From contig NC_087437.1 in NCBI RefSeq assembly GCF_036321535.1, forward strand, positions 66,218,001 through 66,282,000: DNA of 64,000 bases. The letters run 5' to 3'. Shown here piece after piece: positions 38,776-53,786 of the stretch. The position numbers and the translations under genes were made by a program. Every line of letters begins with the position of its first letter. The stretch's first letter is position 1. This DNA is from Camelus dromedarius. Its lineage: Eukaryota. The notes below the pieces were generated by a model, which saw nothing but the letters and a program-made list of their open reading frames with translations, had not been told where the DNA came from and did no database searches.

Positions 38776-41700
38776 GAGCACCATCTTTTTGATGACTGCC
38801 AGCTGTAACAGTACCTGCTTCTACAATGTGAAGCAGGAAGAGGTGAGATTGGAGGGATGGTGGAGGCTTGTGGGTGAGTGGAAAGCATGCGTAGTTGAAG
38901 GAGGACTTTGAATGCAAGAAAGAAGAGCCTGTATTTTCTACAACAGATAGAGGGATCAATTTAGGTTCCTGAGCAGCTGGGTTAAGTGATAACAGTGGTG
39001 TGAGAGTTACATCAATCTGACAAGTGTGTAGGACGCACTGGGGTGGATTTAGGGATGTTAAAAATACACAATAATAGCAAAGTCAAGGCAAACATCTCAT
39101 TATTTTTGCCTCCCAGAAAGGGAAAGATTCCATTCCAGTCTTATTAAAAAAAGAGCTAATTAAATAAGAAATTGTAAGCCTAAGGAAAAATTCTGAGCTT
39201 AAGTTTTGTTATCTCCTAATAATCACCCTCACCCATATTCCCTATCTGAGTACCGGCTTTTAAAGTTTTCAAACAGTTTTCACAGGTGCTGTCACATTTC
39301 ATCAGCTCAAAAACTAAGTATTTTCCAACAGCATAAATAGTCCTAAGCCAAGGCCAAGAAGCAAGTAACCACAGATTCTTTTAGGCAGCCTGGCCATGCC
39401 AGCATTTCATTATGGAAAGGCTCACTTAGCTGATGTCTACTCAGAGCAGGTATTCTTGGGCAGTGGGCCATGAGTAATGAAGCATGGAAGTCCATCTCCT
39501 GGGGTCAGCTGAATGGCAGGTGGATCCCCAAGCTCCTGGACATCCTCATGAGTGGATGTTCACTTAGATGTGCTGCCCAACATCTTGGGAGATGAGAGCT
39601 TCTCTCACAGCCAAATGCTTTTCAGGACCATTATCCTCTCATCTAAGAGCAGACTAGGCATCATATGGGAGCAATCCATAGGCAAGGAAACAGGTTTCAA
39701 ATGATCTGACAATTCCCACTGATAGGCAGTGCCTACTTAAGGTGCTGTGTAGATTGAGAAGGACCCTGAGACTGAGTTACCTGTTATCCATGTCTGCCAT
39801 GTATATAGAAATGGAATAAATAGTGATCAAGTTCCTCATTTTTGCTATGCCTGCTCTAGGCCTTAACACTTAGGGCTTAAAACCCCCACCCAATGATTTA
39901 CCTTTACCAAGGTAGTTTCAGATTTGCCAGGTCATTAAAGTAGTGCCACGCCCAGCTATGACTATTTTGCTTTCAGCACAGTTTTCAGCATGTCCCTCAA
40001 CAACTGTCTGGAAGGTCATTCCTAATACCCTCTCCCTTCTGGGTTATATGAGGCTCCTTTGCCATCCACAGTGGAATTTGTTATTTTTGGTAAATCATCA
40101 TTTGGCTGTCAGCATCGTATGCACCCTCTTCCTAAAGCAAGGTAATCCTAATTTTGGCAGGGAACAAATTGTTTCCGTAGGGAGCATAATGAGGCCTCTT
40201 TTCCTAAGCTGTCATTTGAATGCCAATACATTATAGCCACAACATTATAGTTCAAGGCAAGGATCAGTGTTTTAAATGGGCACCTGGCAAAAGCACTGAA
40301 GTTTGTCCCCAGATTCACTGGGTCCTGAGCCACTTTCCAAAAGAAAAAAAAAATCTATCAGATTTCTTGATGAAGCTTTAGCCAGTCTCTAAAATTTACA
40401 ACTTTTGACTCATTCACTTTGGAGATAAATTTTAGTGTGTCTTCCCCAAAATCCTATAGATTACTATTGTCCCTGCAAATGTACAAAATATCAGTGAGGA
40501 TTATCTCAAATTAACTATTTTTTCCATGAAAGAGATTCCAAACTATGCTCAATTTTCCATTGTATTAGCAAGCAATGCAAATCTTAACTTAGAAGAATAC
40601 CTGTCTCTGTGCCAACTCTTGGCTTCTAAAATGATCATCATACTGACCTCAGAGTGCTCCTCTAAGACACTATTGGTGTCAGGACAATTTCTGTTTTGCT
40701 CCCAAGATAAACTAGTATCCCCATATCTTCTCAATATACTCTTACTTATCTCTAATCCCTGATTTCCTTAGCTTAATTATTCTTTTATCTATTCAAAGTT
40801 GCTCTACAACCTGACCTCACATACATAATTCTGACTCCACATAGTTATAGAGGAATCTAGTGACTTCCTAATGATAAATATAACATCATTTTGCAGTCTT
40901 TTTTTAAAAAAATGATATAATGGTCTGTTGTTTACCCTTGAGCTGTTCCTTCTGCTATCTCCATAACTTCACAATCCTTAAAAATGAGGGAGGCAACATC
41001 TCAACTCTGTTCTCTAATTTCACTCTGTTTCTCAGATGCCCCATTCATCCTTACAGAGTTAGTGGATAATCTCTTGTTCTCTTGATATAGCTTCTGATTT
41101 CCTTCTAGGCACTGGCCTTGCACCTCCTGCTGCTTTTTGGGTTTGGCAAATACCCTACTGAAAACCTTTAGTTTTTAACTAAATAGGCCTATAATGTCCA
41201 GGTGTAACTGTAGTTTTCTTCTTCCCAGTGTGCTGTCCCAGCCTTTCCCCTTAAAAAAAGTTTGTAACAGAATTCCTCTTTCTTGTGGAGAAATTACTCT
41301 ATTAGCAGGAGTAAGAACAGAAGATGGGTCTGACCAGTGGCTTATTCCATTCTCTAGTTGAACTATCGCCTGATCTCTTATATAGACATTCCCTCATTTT
41401 CTTGGTATTTACCATATGCTACTTTGGACCAATAATGAACTTTTCTAGTCATCCATCTATTCACTCATTCAATAAATATTTATTGAGGCTTTTTAATATA
41501 CCTAATCTATGTCTTATCCCCTCCTAGCCAGATTAAAAATTACTAAGGAAAGTGAACATATTCTTCTTTTTTATGTTCTTCTTTGATTCAGTCTCATTAA
41601 GAACAGTACTTTGCCCATGGTAAGTATTCAGTGTGTTCACTAGCTAAATTCCAATTGCAACCATATTTCAAATCTAGAAGGACTTTATATGTACATCTTT

Positions 41701-44700
41701 CTTTAAGAAAAAAATCTCTGATTCATATAGTAGGTGCCATGAATATTGCTCTGTACTCAAGGAGTACTGGTTTTCAGTGCCTCTGTTTTATTCTTATGCA
41801 GCTATTAAACACAAATCACTACAACACATAAAGGGAGTAAGTAGACAAATGATAAAAAAAATGCCCATGAAAAAAATTTTTAAAAGGATGCCACTTTTAT
41901 CTTTATGAGAGACTTTTCTTGCCTGCTCAGAGCACATACCTTCATGCCTTTAAAAAATATTATTCCAAGAACATAGTGGAATGCCATATACCTGTGACTA
42001 CTTGATAAATATTATTGACCAGTGTACTAAGGTTGAGCCAGAAAAGCTAATTTTAGTTCTCCTTACCTCCATTTTTAATCTGTAAAGTGGGAGTAATATT
42101 ACCTGTTTTCTACCTTATAGGTTTTGGTATATGTCCAATAGTATAACATTCATTATAAACTATGAAGCAGTACATGAAAGGTAAACCCCTGGAGTTGCCT
42201 CTTTGGCAAGCTTTAGGCTTTGAAAACAGCATTTTTTGGATGTATACATTCAAAATTACTCTTTAAAAGACCTTAAATATTAACAAATTCAGTCCAGCTA
42301 GTTTTTCTCCCAGTATTGGAATATATCCTTGTTTCTTTGGTTGAACAACAGGTGAAGAATAGTGTTTAACTTGTACTTATGGGTCATATTGTAAGAAAAA
42401 TATGCCCTTTATTTGAAAAACTGTCAGCACTGTTAGTTCCATGAAGTGCTCACACAAATAAGAAGCATGTAGGAATGGGGAACATTGAATCAGATTCAGC
42501 AGATTCGTTTTTCACATCTCATATTCTTTATCAACTAAAACCATAATTATGAACTTATTACCAATGGTTTTAAAATTCATATTTCATTGGCCTTTGCCTC
42601 TCCCTGCTGATGCAGGACCTCCAGCTCCTTGCAAAGTCCCCTGCCCATAATTTCTGAGAGCCCCTAGACAGTGTTTTACATGGACTCCAGAACAGGTCTT
42701 ATCTATGGCCACGTGGATGTCTGCTGCTGAGGCTTCTGTCGTCTTTGAACACTCCTAGTACTCATTACTGAGCCAGTCCTGTTAATTCAGGTCACCACCA
42801 CCTTCTACTGGGCATTTTCATGATCTCCAGTGTGGTTCTCAAGGAATCAAAATGCTTCTGTGTTTTCTGCAGTCTCCAATACTGCAAAATTATATCATAT
42901 TTCCTGCAGAAGTGGAAACAAACCCAATCACTCATCTTTGGATTACATTTTGTGATGTAATAAAGATTTCAGCACATTCTTGTTCCTGGTCATGATGCTT
43001 TCTGGGAGGAGTCCATGAGACTGTGTTAGAGTATGACTCTTCAAGGTAGGTAAGCAATATCCCCTCAATCCAAGAGTACCATTCAAAATAGGGTTCGCTG
43101 GCATGGCACAAGCATGGACCAATGGGAATACTGATTAGTGCATTGTAGCAGTGCAAACTGAAGGAAAAGTAGCCTGGCCAAACCCTCTCCTTGATGGCAC
43201 CCATTTCTCGGCAGTCTTTCTGCCAAAACCCTTATGTAAACTACCCTCTTGGCAGCCTAAAGCCACCAATTTGCCAGATATGCCAAGATATGTCTGAACC
43301 CCAGAGGTGAACAGAGCTTTGTCCCATGCTGTGATTCTCTGTTATATTTGAATGCATCTAATTTAGAAAATTTGATATGCAAATTATATTGTAGCAACAA
43401 TAATGGAAAAATTTTAAATGTAAGAAAAAACTTTCCAAAAGCCAACAAATGAATAAAACAAATGTTTTTATTTTTGGACATTTCCTCAGAGTCTTGTCCA
43501 TATGCAAACATTTTATAAAGTTATAATTTTAATGGTTATAATTAGGTTTCACTTTTTCAATTGTAATCATATTGTTCATTTTGCCAGCATTTACTGAGTT
43601 CCTGTTATGTGCACAGCATCAACTGAGATCAAGAGAAATGCTTCACAACTTCACGTAATTCCATTTAAGCAGGAAGAGAGTTAGATATAGAGGCAGACTG
43701 TGTGTGTGTCTTTCGGCAACTCCTGTTGACGAATTTTTCACTCGATAGTTTCTCTGGAGCTTAGAAGTACTTCACTTTAACTCCTCTCATGCTACATTAA
43801 AAGTTCAACTTCCATAGAATAGTTTACTTACATAGAGTTCCAGCTGACTGAGCTGTGTAAGAGATTTGTTTTTAATTCTAAAAGCCATATCCCTCTGACC
43901 TTGAAAATATTTTAAAAATGCAGTAAACAGGCCATAATTAGGTTTTAAAACATTTAAGCAGTTTTCTCAATTTGCTGCAAGCAAATGTGTTTCACGCAAT
44001 ATCTGGCATCATTCTGGGCACGCGGGAGACACACAATAGGCACTTCCTAATGGTATCAGGGTATTAAATATTGTGTCTTTCATGTATTTTCCAATACAAA
44101 CCAGCAAAATTTATGGAATTTTATAGAATCATGGCCAAAGTATTTAACTATAAAAATTAGAGTAACTGGATCACTTTTGATTAGAGGACTAAACATGAAA
44201 ACTGTATTCAGATTGTCAAGAAAGTAGAAGAGTACTGACAGGAGGATGTGCTCAGCCGTCACAGACATGTTGATACCTCAACCAAAAAAAAGTCTGAGTT
44301 AGTATTTTCCTGAGACTCTTGAATGTTTCTAAACAAGTAGTAAGAATTATTTAGGGAATTAATGGTTCTTTTTCCTTAATTATTCCTTTTATCTTCAAGT
44401 ACTGGGCACTACCAATTCATATACAATATAACTTATAAAAATAAGGAACAATAGACATGGTGAAATAGTAATGGGTTTACAAAACTGAGCTATAAACCTC
44501 TCCCATGATAATCCTTTCTGGTCTGATATCTGCCACTTTCTACTCCTCTCTGATCCAGATGTTTTACAAGAACACACATTGCTTGGGGCTTTGTGCATTC
44601 TCTCCCATTCCCTTTCAGAATTTCATCCCACAAGGCACAGAAGTGAAGTCCGAGCAAGGATGTATCTTGATTGCCACAATCCAAATGAAACTGTGTCCTG

Positions 44701-46020
44701 ACTGAGGAAGACAGGCCCTCTCTGCTTTCTGGAATTCCTTCTTGGGTAACCTATGGGACTTAACTTTTTTTCAGGTATTTTTCCCCCATCCAAGTTAAGC
44801 TATTCAACAGCCAAGAAACAGAATGACAACTTTCTTGTAGCTTTCACATTCACCATCAATGTGATATAGATTAAATATCTTAAGATTTTTATTCTATTCT
44901 GAGATGTGAGTCTTACTTCCATGTGAACAAGAAAGTATAACATTTTCTGATTTACTGCTGGCTAATGGGTTCCTGAAGTATTTATTCCAACTGAGAATTT
45001 TGCAGGCCTATATTTAATACATTTTAATGCCCATATAACAAGGCTGAATTACCTAGAATGTTGTAAAGAAGTGTACTTTACGAAGTGTTCAGTCAACACA
45101 CTTATGTTTTCAACTCATGTGAAATCACTTATTCAATTCAATGTGAAAATATTTACACTCTGGCTGGCCTAAAAAGCTCACTCTAAAAAAATATGAATAG
45201 AAAAGGAGTAAAAGAAAGAAAATTGAAACAGCTCAAAATAATCTAATCAGTAAGGGTTTGTTACTTACTGAGGGTTTGTTTTCTTTTCATCTTATGCTCC
45301 TTTAGATGTTAAAATTAGAGCTACTCAGGTGGCCCATGTACTTCTTTATATCAGGTGCCTAGCAGATGTCTTGCATATAATAAATATTGGCTAGTTTCAT
45401 TAATACAGTATAACTCTTATTACAAAGGATTATCAGTAAAAATGTCAGTGTTGGAAAGTTTTGCTGAGAAATTTGAAGTTTTTCCATTAAGAATTCCATG
45501 TAATCAGAGGCTAAGGAATATGTGAACAAATGAGTTATTTTGAGAGCCAATTCCCTTTTAAAACCAAACAGACATTAATTTATTGTAAAAATATGAAATA
45601 AAAATATTTAAAGTGAATATTTTCATCTATAGTTAAATATGCCAATATATTAATGAAATTATTCTAATTTCTGTCCTTTTCAATCTTGATTCAAATGTTC
45701 ATATATTTTGCAGAATTGGAAATATGGTAATATATAATCTGAAGTGCTGTATTTTTACATTAGTATTATTTCTGAGTTGCTATTAGTCTTTGCTTTTATT
45801 ATTTTTACTGATTGAATAATATGAACTTAATAGAACATAATTTACTTAACTACACCTCCATTATCAGATACTGTTTTTCTTTATTTTCTCTAGGTCCAGA
45901 GCTTATGTGCTACATAATTTCAAACTACATTCAGCTCTCTGAATACCTTGTTACCTACATTTCTGCCACTGCATATCCTCTTCTCTTTGCCTGGAATGTT
46001 TTTCCCTTCAACTATTCCAA

Positions 46021-47410
46021 AATCTATGTCATACATCACATCAACAAGAGAAAGGACAAAACCCACATGATTATCTCAATAGATGCAGAAAAAGCATTTG
46101 ATAAAATTCAACACCCATTTATGATAAAAACTCTCACCAAAGTGGGTATAGAGGGAACATATCTCAACATCATAAAAGCTATATATGACAAACCTACAGC
46201 CAGCATAGTACTCAATGGTGAAAAACTCAAAAGCTTCCCACTAAAATCTGGGACAAGACAAGGATGCCCACTATTACCACTCCTATTCAACATAGTCTTG
46301 GAGGTCCTAACCACAGCAATCAGGCAAGAGAGAGAAATAAAAGGGGTCCAAATTGGAAAAGAAGAGGTAAAAATGTCACTATATGCTGACAACATGTTAC
46401 AATATACAGAAAACCCTAACAGGTCCACACAAAAACTACTAGAGCTGACCGAAGAATTCAGCAAGGTGGCAGGTTACAAGATTAACATTCAAAAATCAGT
46501 TGCACTTCTTTGCACTAGTGATGAATCAACAGAAAAAGAAAGTAAAGAAACAATCCCCTTTAAAATAGCACCCAAAGTAATAAAATACCTAGGAATAAAT
46601 CTAACCAAGGAGGTGAAAGAATTATACACAGAAAACTATAAACCACTGATGAAGGAAATTAAAGAAGACTTTAAAAAATGAAAAGATATCCCATGCTCTT
46701 GGATTGGAAGAATCAGTATTGTTAAAATGGTCACACTGCCCAAGGCAATCTACAGATTTAAAGCAATCCCTATCAAATTACCCAGGACATATTTCACAGA
46801 ACTAGAACAAATCATAGTAAAATTTATATGGAACCATCAAAGACCTAGAATTGCTAAAGCATTACTGAAGAGAAAGAAAGAGGCTGGAGGAATAACTCTC
46901 CCAGACTTCAGACAATACTACAGAGCTACAGTCATCAAGACAGCATGGTATTGGTACAAAAACAGACATATAGACCAATGACAGAATAGACAGCCAAGAA
47001 ATGAACCTACAAACTTTGGGTCAACTAATCTTCGACAAAGGAGGCAAGAATATACAATGGAATAAAGACAGTCTCTTCAGCAAATGGTGTTGGGAAAAGT
47101 GGACAGCAGCATGTAAAACAAAGAAGCTAGAACACTCCCTTACACCATACACAAAAATCAGCTCAAAATGGATCAAAGACTTAAACATAAGACAAGATAC
47201 AATAAACCTCCTAGAGGAAAATATAGGCAAAACATTATCTGACACACATCTCAAAAATGTTCTCCTAAAACAGTCTACTCAAGCAATAGAAATAAAAGCA
47301 AGAATAAACAAATGGGATCTAATGAAACTTACAGGCTTCTGCACAGCAAAGGAAACCATAAGTAAAACAAAAAGACAACCTACGGAATGGGAAAAATTTT
47401 TTTTGCAAAT
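46021..47410 (+). mobile_element. Internal L1 ORF2 (reverse transcriptase) fragment, inactivated and tail-less
   Basis: RT motifs [25 protein letters not shown] (a degenerate YADD) and KYLGINL. Premature TGA at 46679 and a frameshift near 46980. Homology stops at ...EWEK with no 3' UTR. Confidence 0.93.
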
Positions 47411-47425
47411 AATCTTTGTTTAAAA

Positions 47426-48322
47426 CAGTGGTCTATAAAATTTTTTGTTCTTATACTCTACTAGTAAATAATTTTTAATGGCAGCTCCAATACACTCTGC
47501 ATATTTATAAAACATATACTCTTGAACTCATATGATATGCACACCTAAGACATATATAGGAATAAAAAGATGAGGCATAATAAACAATACTTTAAAACAA
47601 TTTTTATTTTATTTAAGGCCCCAAACTTTTTTATTCTCACCCCTCTTCCACACCAAATTACTAAATGTACCAGATGCATAGTCTTTAAACATTTTGGTAA
47701 TTGTGAAGACTGGCATTAGCTACATCTGTCATACTTAAACTTAGGGTAGCCTCTGACTATAAAAATAGTAGATGGTAACTTTGTATTTCAAGAATTCTTG
47801 AGAATCCCAAAAATTTCAGGCCTACTTCTTGTCAAATTCGATTAGCTCATCACTGTTCTTTACCCATTGATGTGACTAACGAAGGGTTCCTATTCAGGGT
47901 AGAATGTCAGCTTTGCCATTTTCTGTTCGTTCTGTTATCTATACTTTATTTATAGGAATTATTTTCTATCTGTGAGGGTCAAGTTAGTTAAAAATCAAAT
48001 AATATGACTGGAAATCCACTTAATTAAGCACAAGTGCCATATGTTGCTGGAAATTTTAAAAAGCAGGATGGCACTTTGTATTCACATTCCCTTCTAGGCT
48101 GTGGAGTCATCCCTTTCCTTTAGGATAGCTCTTTGTAGACCCTGTGGCACCTTTTCCTTTGACATAGGGACTGAAGAGAGCACTAGTGTCTACCAGTAAA
48201 TTAACCATCAGAAAGGTAATTTCTTACTTTTTAAGATAGAAATAAGATCGAGCAGGTCTAGCATTCCAAAGGATCATCCTATACAACCTCTGGGTACATG
48301 AACTTGACTGTGGAGACCAGTA
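47426..48322. mobile_element. Possible hAT/Charlie DNA transposon remnant
   Basis: TIR-like ends cagtggtcta... and ...ggagaccagt with an AT-rich decayed interior. Confidence 0.35.
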
Positions 48323-49754
48323 GTTTAAATACAACTTGGAAAATGATTTCTGGGACACCTTTCCTCCATAGTGCCCAGATGATATTATGGTGGTGTCTGT
48401 TTACAGGTTACTCTACTTGAGCTTCCCTAAGACTGGAGCAAGACAGTCACCTCTGAATGACTTTTATTCATCTTCACAGTCCTGTATTCCTAAGATCTGG
48501 CACAGCGCCCTATAAATCAAGTTGATTTAATTAAATTGAGCAGTTTCACACTGCTACTTCTTTTCTTTGGTTCTTCTGCAGTCTTTGTTTTCTCTTTTTA
48601 AGTACTTTCCTATGTAAAAATGAAGATAATACTGGAAAGCATGAATACAATATCATGCACAATGTCATCAAAATTAATTATTTCCAGACTCCTGTGTGTG
48701 GGTGTGCAAGCACAGACACATATAATTTTACATAAATGGGATAAACAATGTTACTTTTTGATGCAGGGTAGAGTTATCTAGTAGAAAGAGGCTGGATCAA
48801 ATAGACTTGGCTATAGATTCCACCCCAACTCTACAACTTTTTAATTGTGTGACCTTGAGTAATGTACTTATTGCTCACTTTTCCCTCAGTCTAGTGAAAA
48901 AAAAAAAGGGGTGGGGGAGGTTAACAGTACCTATCTCTTTGGGTTTAGGGAAGAACTGAACAAGCATTCAATAAATGCAAATTTATTTTCCCTTTCTCTT
49001 AATCTTTACATTGACCTTGATAGTGGAGGGCTTTCCTAGGGTTCTCTCATAGTATCTTCCTGCAAGTATCTGGAGCAGACACATTATCTTATTAAATTTG
49101 GAAGACTAGCACCCAACATTTAGGTGTTTAATACATATTGGCTAAGTAAATGAGATCCTAGAAAGAGCTTGCTTGTGGAGTTCTGTTTGGACTGAGTGAT
49201 TCTGGGTTCATCTAAATAAACTGCATCTCATATTCCATTTGCTATCTTCATTATTAAACCTGCATATATTTTCTTCTAGTTTCAATTAAAAATGCAGCTA
49301 AGTGATTCTGAGCAAGTCACTTACTCTAGTGTGCAGTTTCCTCATTTGTAAAAACAATAATGGTTCCATAATAGTACTTCCTAAGTGCGAAGTACTATGC
49401 AAATATACAGAAGCCAGTTCATTGTTCATTTTAATTTGTAACTATTACCTTGTGGACACCCTTACCAACCTCTTTTTTTTTCCCCTACCACACTACTTAC
49501 CTGTACTGTATCACTCAGCTTTCTTGGATATTTATCTTTTTCTAATCCTCTGGTTTATTATTATTGTGGCTCAGAATCACTGATCTCTACAAGGGACCAC
49601 GTGATGAGACCTAAAGGAAACCAAGCTGGTAAAAACCAAACTAGAGGATATAATCACAACTAGGCACACAGAGTTGAAAACATAAGGCTTAGACTTTTTG
49701 ATAAAGGAAAATATACCAGGAGAGGCAGGGACTGTGCTTGAGAGAGAAGTACAG

Positions 49755-49960
49755 GGGATCTGAATCCTGGTTCTGTTTACTTTAGCTCTGTGGACCTCAG
49801 GTAAGTTAGTACATCTTTCTGGCCCTCAGTTTTCTCATCTTTAAAACAGAGGTGATAACAGTACTTACATCATAGGATTATAATTTGAGATAGGGTGTGT
49901 GAAGCACTTAAGAATAGTGTCCTGCACATTATAAACACTCAGTAAACATTAACTGTTAAA
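49755..49960 (+). mobile_element. MIR SINE
   Basis: tgaatcctggttctg...cctcagttttctcatctttaaaa...gaagcacttaagaatagtg...actcagtaaa. Confidence 0.75.
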
Positions 49961-50559
49961 ATTACTATAAACTGATAAGTGGTTTAAAGCAGGCGGGAAG
50001 GTAAAGCAAGAGTTTAAAAGGTTGGAGAAACAATAAATGTTAATTTCAGTCGTTCTGTATTTTCTCTTAAATTTCTCCCTTCTTAAGTCCTATTTCTAGA
50101 CTAAACTACTTTTTTTCCTATAAAATTTCCTCCCCACCTTGATCAGATATTTTATATTAAACAGCATCAGTTCAAAACATTTGAAGGCAGCAACAGTAAA
50201 GCTACTAATCATAGCCTTAAGGTAGACGATTCTTGTACTTTATTATACACAAAATATGCATGTTTCTAATCTGTATAACCTAAACATTTGCTATTCACTT
50301 TCCTGCTGGTATAATTGGGAGTAGGGATGGGAAGTAAAGAGAAAGGTAGGATTTCAAGCTTTGTCTCACAGCATTTTAGGGACCAGTGGCAAGTCTTTCC
50401 TAATAGTTTGCATGGAGAGGTAACAATCATCTGACAAAGCTGCCACGTAGAGTTTGCTTTTAACATTCTTTACTTTCCTCCATGACATCCAGAGAACTCA
50501 TGTTCACTCTTCCCTGCAAAGAAAAAGAGCTTCTACCGCTCTTGGGCTATAAAATCTAT

Positions 50560-50915
50560 GCCCAGGTTTTAGATTACGGATTGAATGCATGTTGGCCACA
50601 TCTACCCTGGGAAGTTTTTAGCTTGGCTTGCAGAGCTTGGAAATACTGCCAACATTTAAAAATCGAGAGATTTCATGCAAAAATCCTGCTTTAGGGTTTC
50701 TTTTGGGGGGCGAAAAAACAGAATCTTAGAACACTGGATCCACATTCCTCAGGGCAGCAATCTGCTAGAGCTGAACAGCTGCTCCCTTCAGTTACAGCAC
50801 GGACACTCCAATTTGCCACGTTCCTTATCATTCCCTGTTGTCTTGTACCAGTCCAGTTTCATTCATTTGCTTTAATTTTCTGGCCCCTGTAGACATTTGA
50901 GTTTGCAAACGCTAT
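50560..50915 (-). mobile_element. MER102-like hAT element
   Basis: The terminus ctggcccctgtagacatttgagtttgcaa resembles the MER102 end. Confidence 0.55.
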
Positions 50916-52649
50916 CTAGACCTTTCCTGTCTCCCATAAAAGCTTACTTCGTTCTGTCCCAACTCCCTCATGAGTTTCTCAAAGCAATAGCTAATTAATC
51001 TGATTAAGAATGGGTATTTCTATATGTGCTCTCTAGAGATCGTATCTTAACAGAAAGGGGTGACTCTGCAGGTGGATATTAGACACCACGGGATTACAGT
51101 CAGGATGTTAACTGTCCACTCTACTTTTTCCGCTATCCTGACGTAGCCATACCTCACTGTCCTTAAGGCAAACCACAGGAATCGGTTCTCTGTAGAACAA
51201 TGAACACTGGCGTATGTGTGAAACCTACTTAAATAGTACTTTTATAGCTCGCCCTAGTTCCGAAGGACCAAAAACTACTAAGGGCTATTCCCGTTTCCTT
51301 GGAGGCTTCGGGATATCCGGCCTGACGGCACTTCCCCTCACCTGCTTTCTGGGATCGTTTTGCGCTGGGCAGTCTCGCCCGAGGAGCGCGCGCATCCAAC
51401 ATGAGCTCATTTCTCAGGGGCGTTTCTAGAAGGCCGGGCCTGGCCGCGCGCACCAGGCGCAGTCGGCCCCACTCTTATCAGTGGCCTCGGCGACTGGGCG
51501 GGGCGCGGCCGCCCAGAGACATTGCCTCTCTAAAAGCTTTGTTCTCAGTTTAGCGTCCGAGAACTTGCACACACCCGGGAAGCGCCCTGCACCCGTCTGG
51601 CCCTTTCTGGAAAGACGCCGGTACTCGGGACGTGTACCCCCGGGCGAAGGGGAGCCTGGGGCGCGCAGAACGAGCCCCTCCCCGCCGAGAGTCTCTAGTG
51701 GGTGGGGATAGCCCCTAAACCCTCAGCTCGCTGGAGCTCTCCGAGCCTCGCCCCTGCGACCGCAGCAGTTTCGCAGTGGCTCGCGCTCTCGGGCTGCGGT
51801 TTCCACACTGGCTGCGAGTAGCCGCAGGCGAGCCCGTCAGACTGTCCGCCACGACCCAAGTCGCGCTTGTCCCCGCTGCTGGGACCGCCGCCGGAGGCCG
51901 AAGGCCAATCATACTGCAGCTAGGTCTTGCGATTGGACGGCAGTGAGTGCCGATTGGCTACCATTACGGGTTTCGGCCTCCCTCCTTTTCACTTTCGCCC
52001 GCACTCCAACTCCAAAGCTTCAGGCCAATGAGAAGGCGTTTTATAGATACCGTCCCTTAGCTTTCCACTTCTCCCCACCTCGGCGAGGGAGGAGACGTTC
52101 TGACTGGCCAGGCTGTCCTCGGAAGCCCCATCCCTTCACCAATCACCGAGGGAGGTGCACTCCCAGCGGAGTTTCGGCCAATTACAACGCGGCCGCGGTG
52201 CCCAGCAGTGCGCTTTAACCAGCGACTCCGGGCTTCACTGCCCTTAACTCTTCAAGCTTTACCGTGAGGGCCGGCGGTTCTGATTGGCCGCTGTTGCCAT
52301 TGTCGAATTTCTCCTCGCCAGCCACAGAACAAGGCGAACCCACCTTCTTCTCTATCGGCTATCTTCGGCATTTTCCGCCCTTGGGCGTGAATTTCCAGCG
52401 ACATTTTCTAATTGGCTCCTCACGTGGATCGGTTTTTTCCGGGAAGAGCCGCAAACAAACGACGTCCGTGATTGGCTCCGCTCGGGCTTCGGCTCCCCTG
52501 CCGAAGGGGGCGGGCGCTCCACTCGGCCGGCGATTCCCAGACGCCTGTTACGCGGGCGGCGGGGCGCTGGGCGGTGTAAGGCTGGGTGGGGGAGGAAGGA
52601 GGCGGAGGACGAGTAGGAGGGGGGAGGGGGAGTGGGGAAGAGCTAGGCG

Positions 52650-53786
<1,137 letters not shown>

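Noticed and set aside
42960..43260. Non-repetitive-looking segment that might be a structured ncRNA or an ancient repeat
   Set aside because: I could not identify boxes, a convincing fold or a family; it needs an Rfam/Dfam search.
45812..46681. 289 aa ORF as a novel reverse-transcriptase gene or retron-like system
   Set aside because: It is a chance upstream extension fused to an L1 ORF2 fragment with a mutated YADD, a premature stop and a downstream frameshift.
17357..47410. L1 pieces at 46.0-47.4 kb and 17.4-18.5 kb tile consecutive ORF2 regions with about 70 bp overlap, suggesting one split element
   Set aside because: The order is reversed, the overlap has several mismatches, and the 17.4 kb copy has its own TSD. 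They are independent insertions of a related subfamily.
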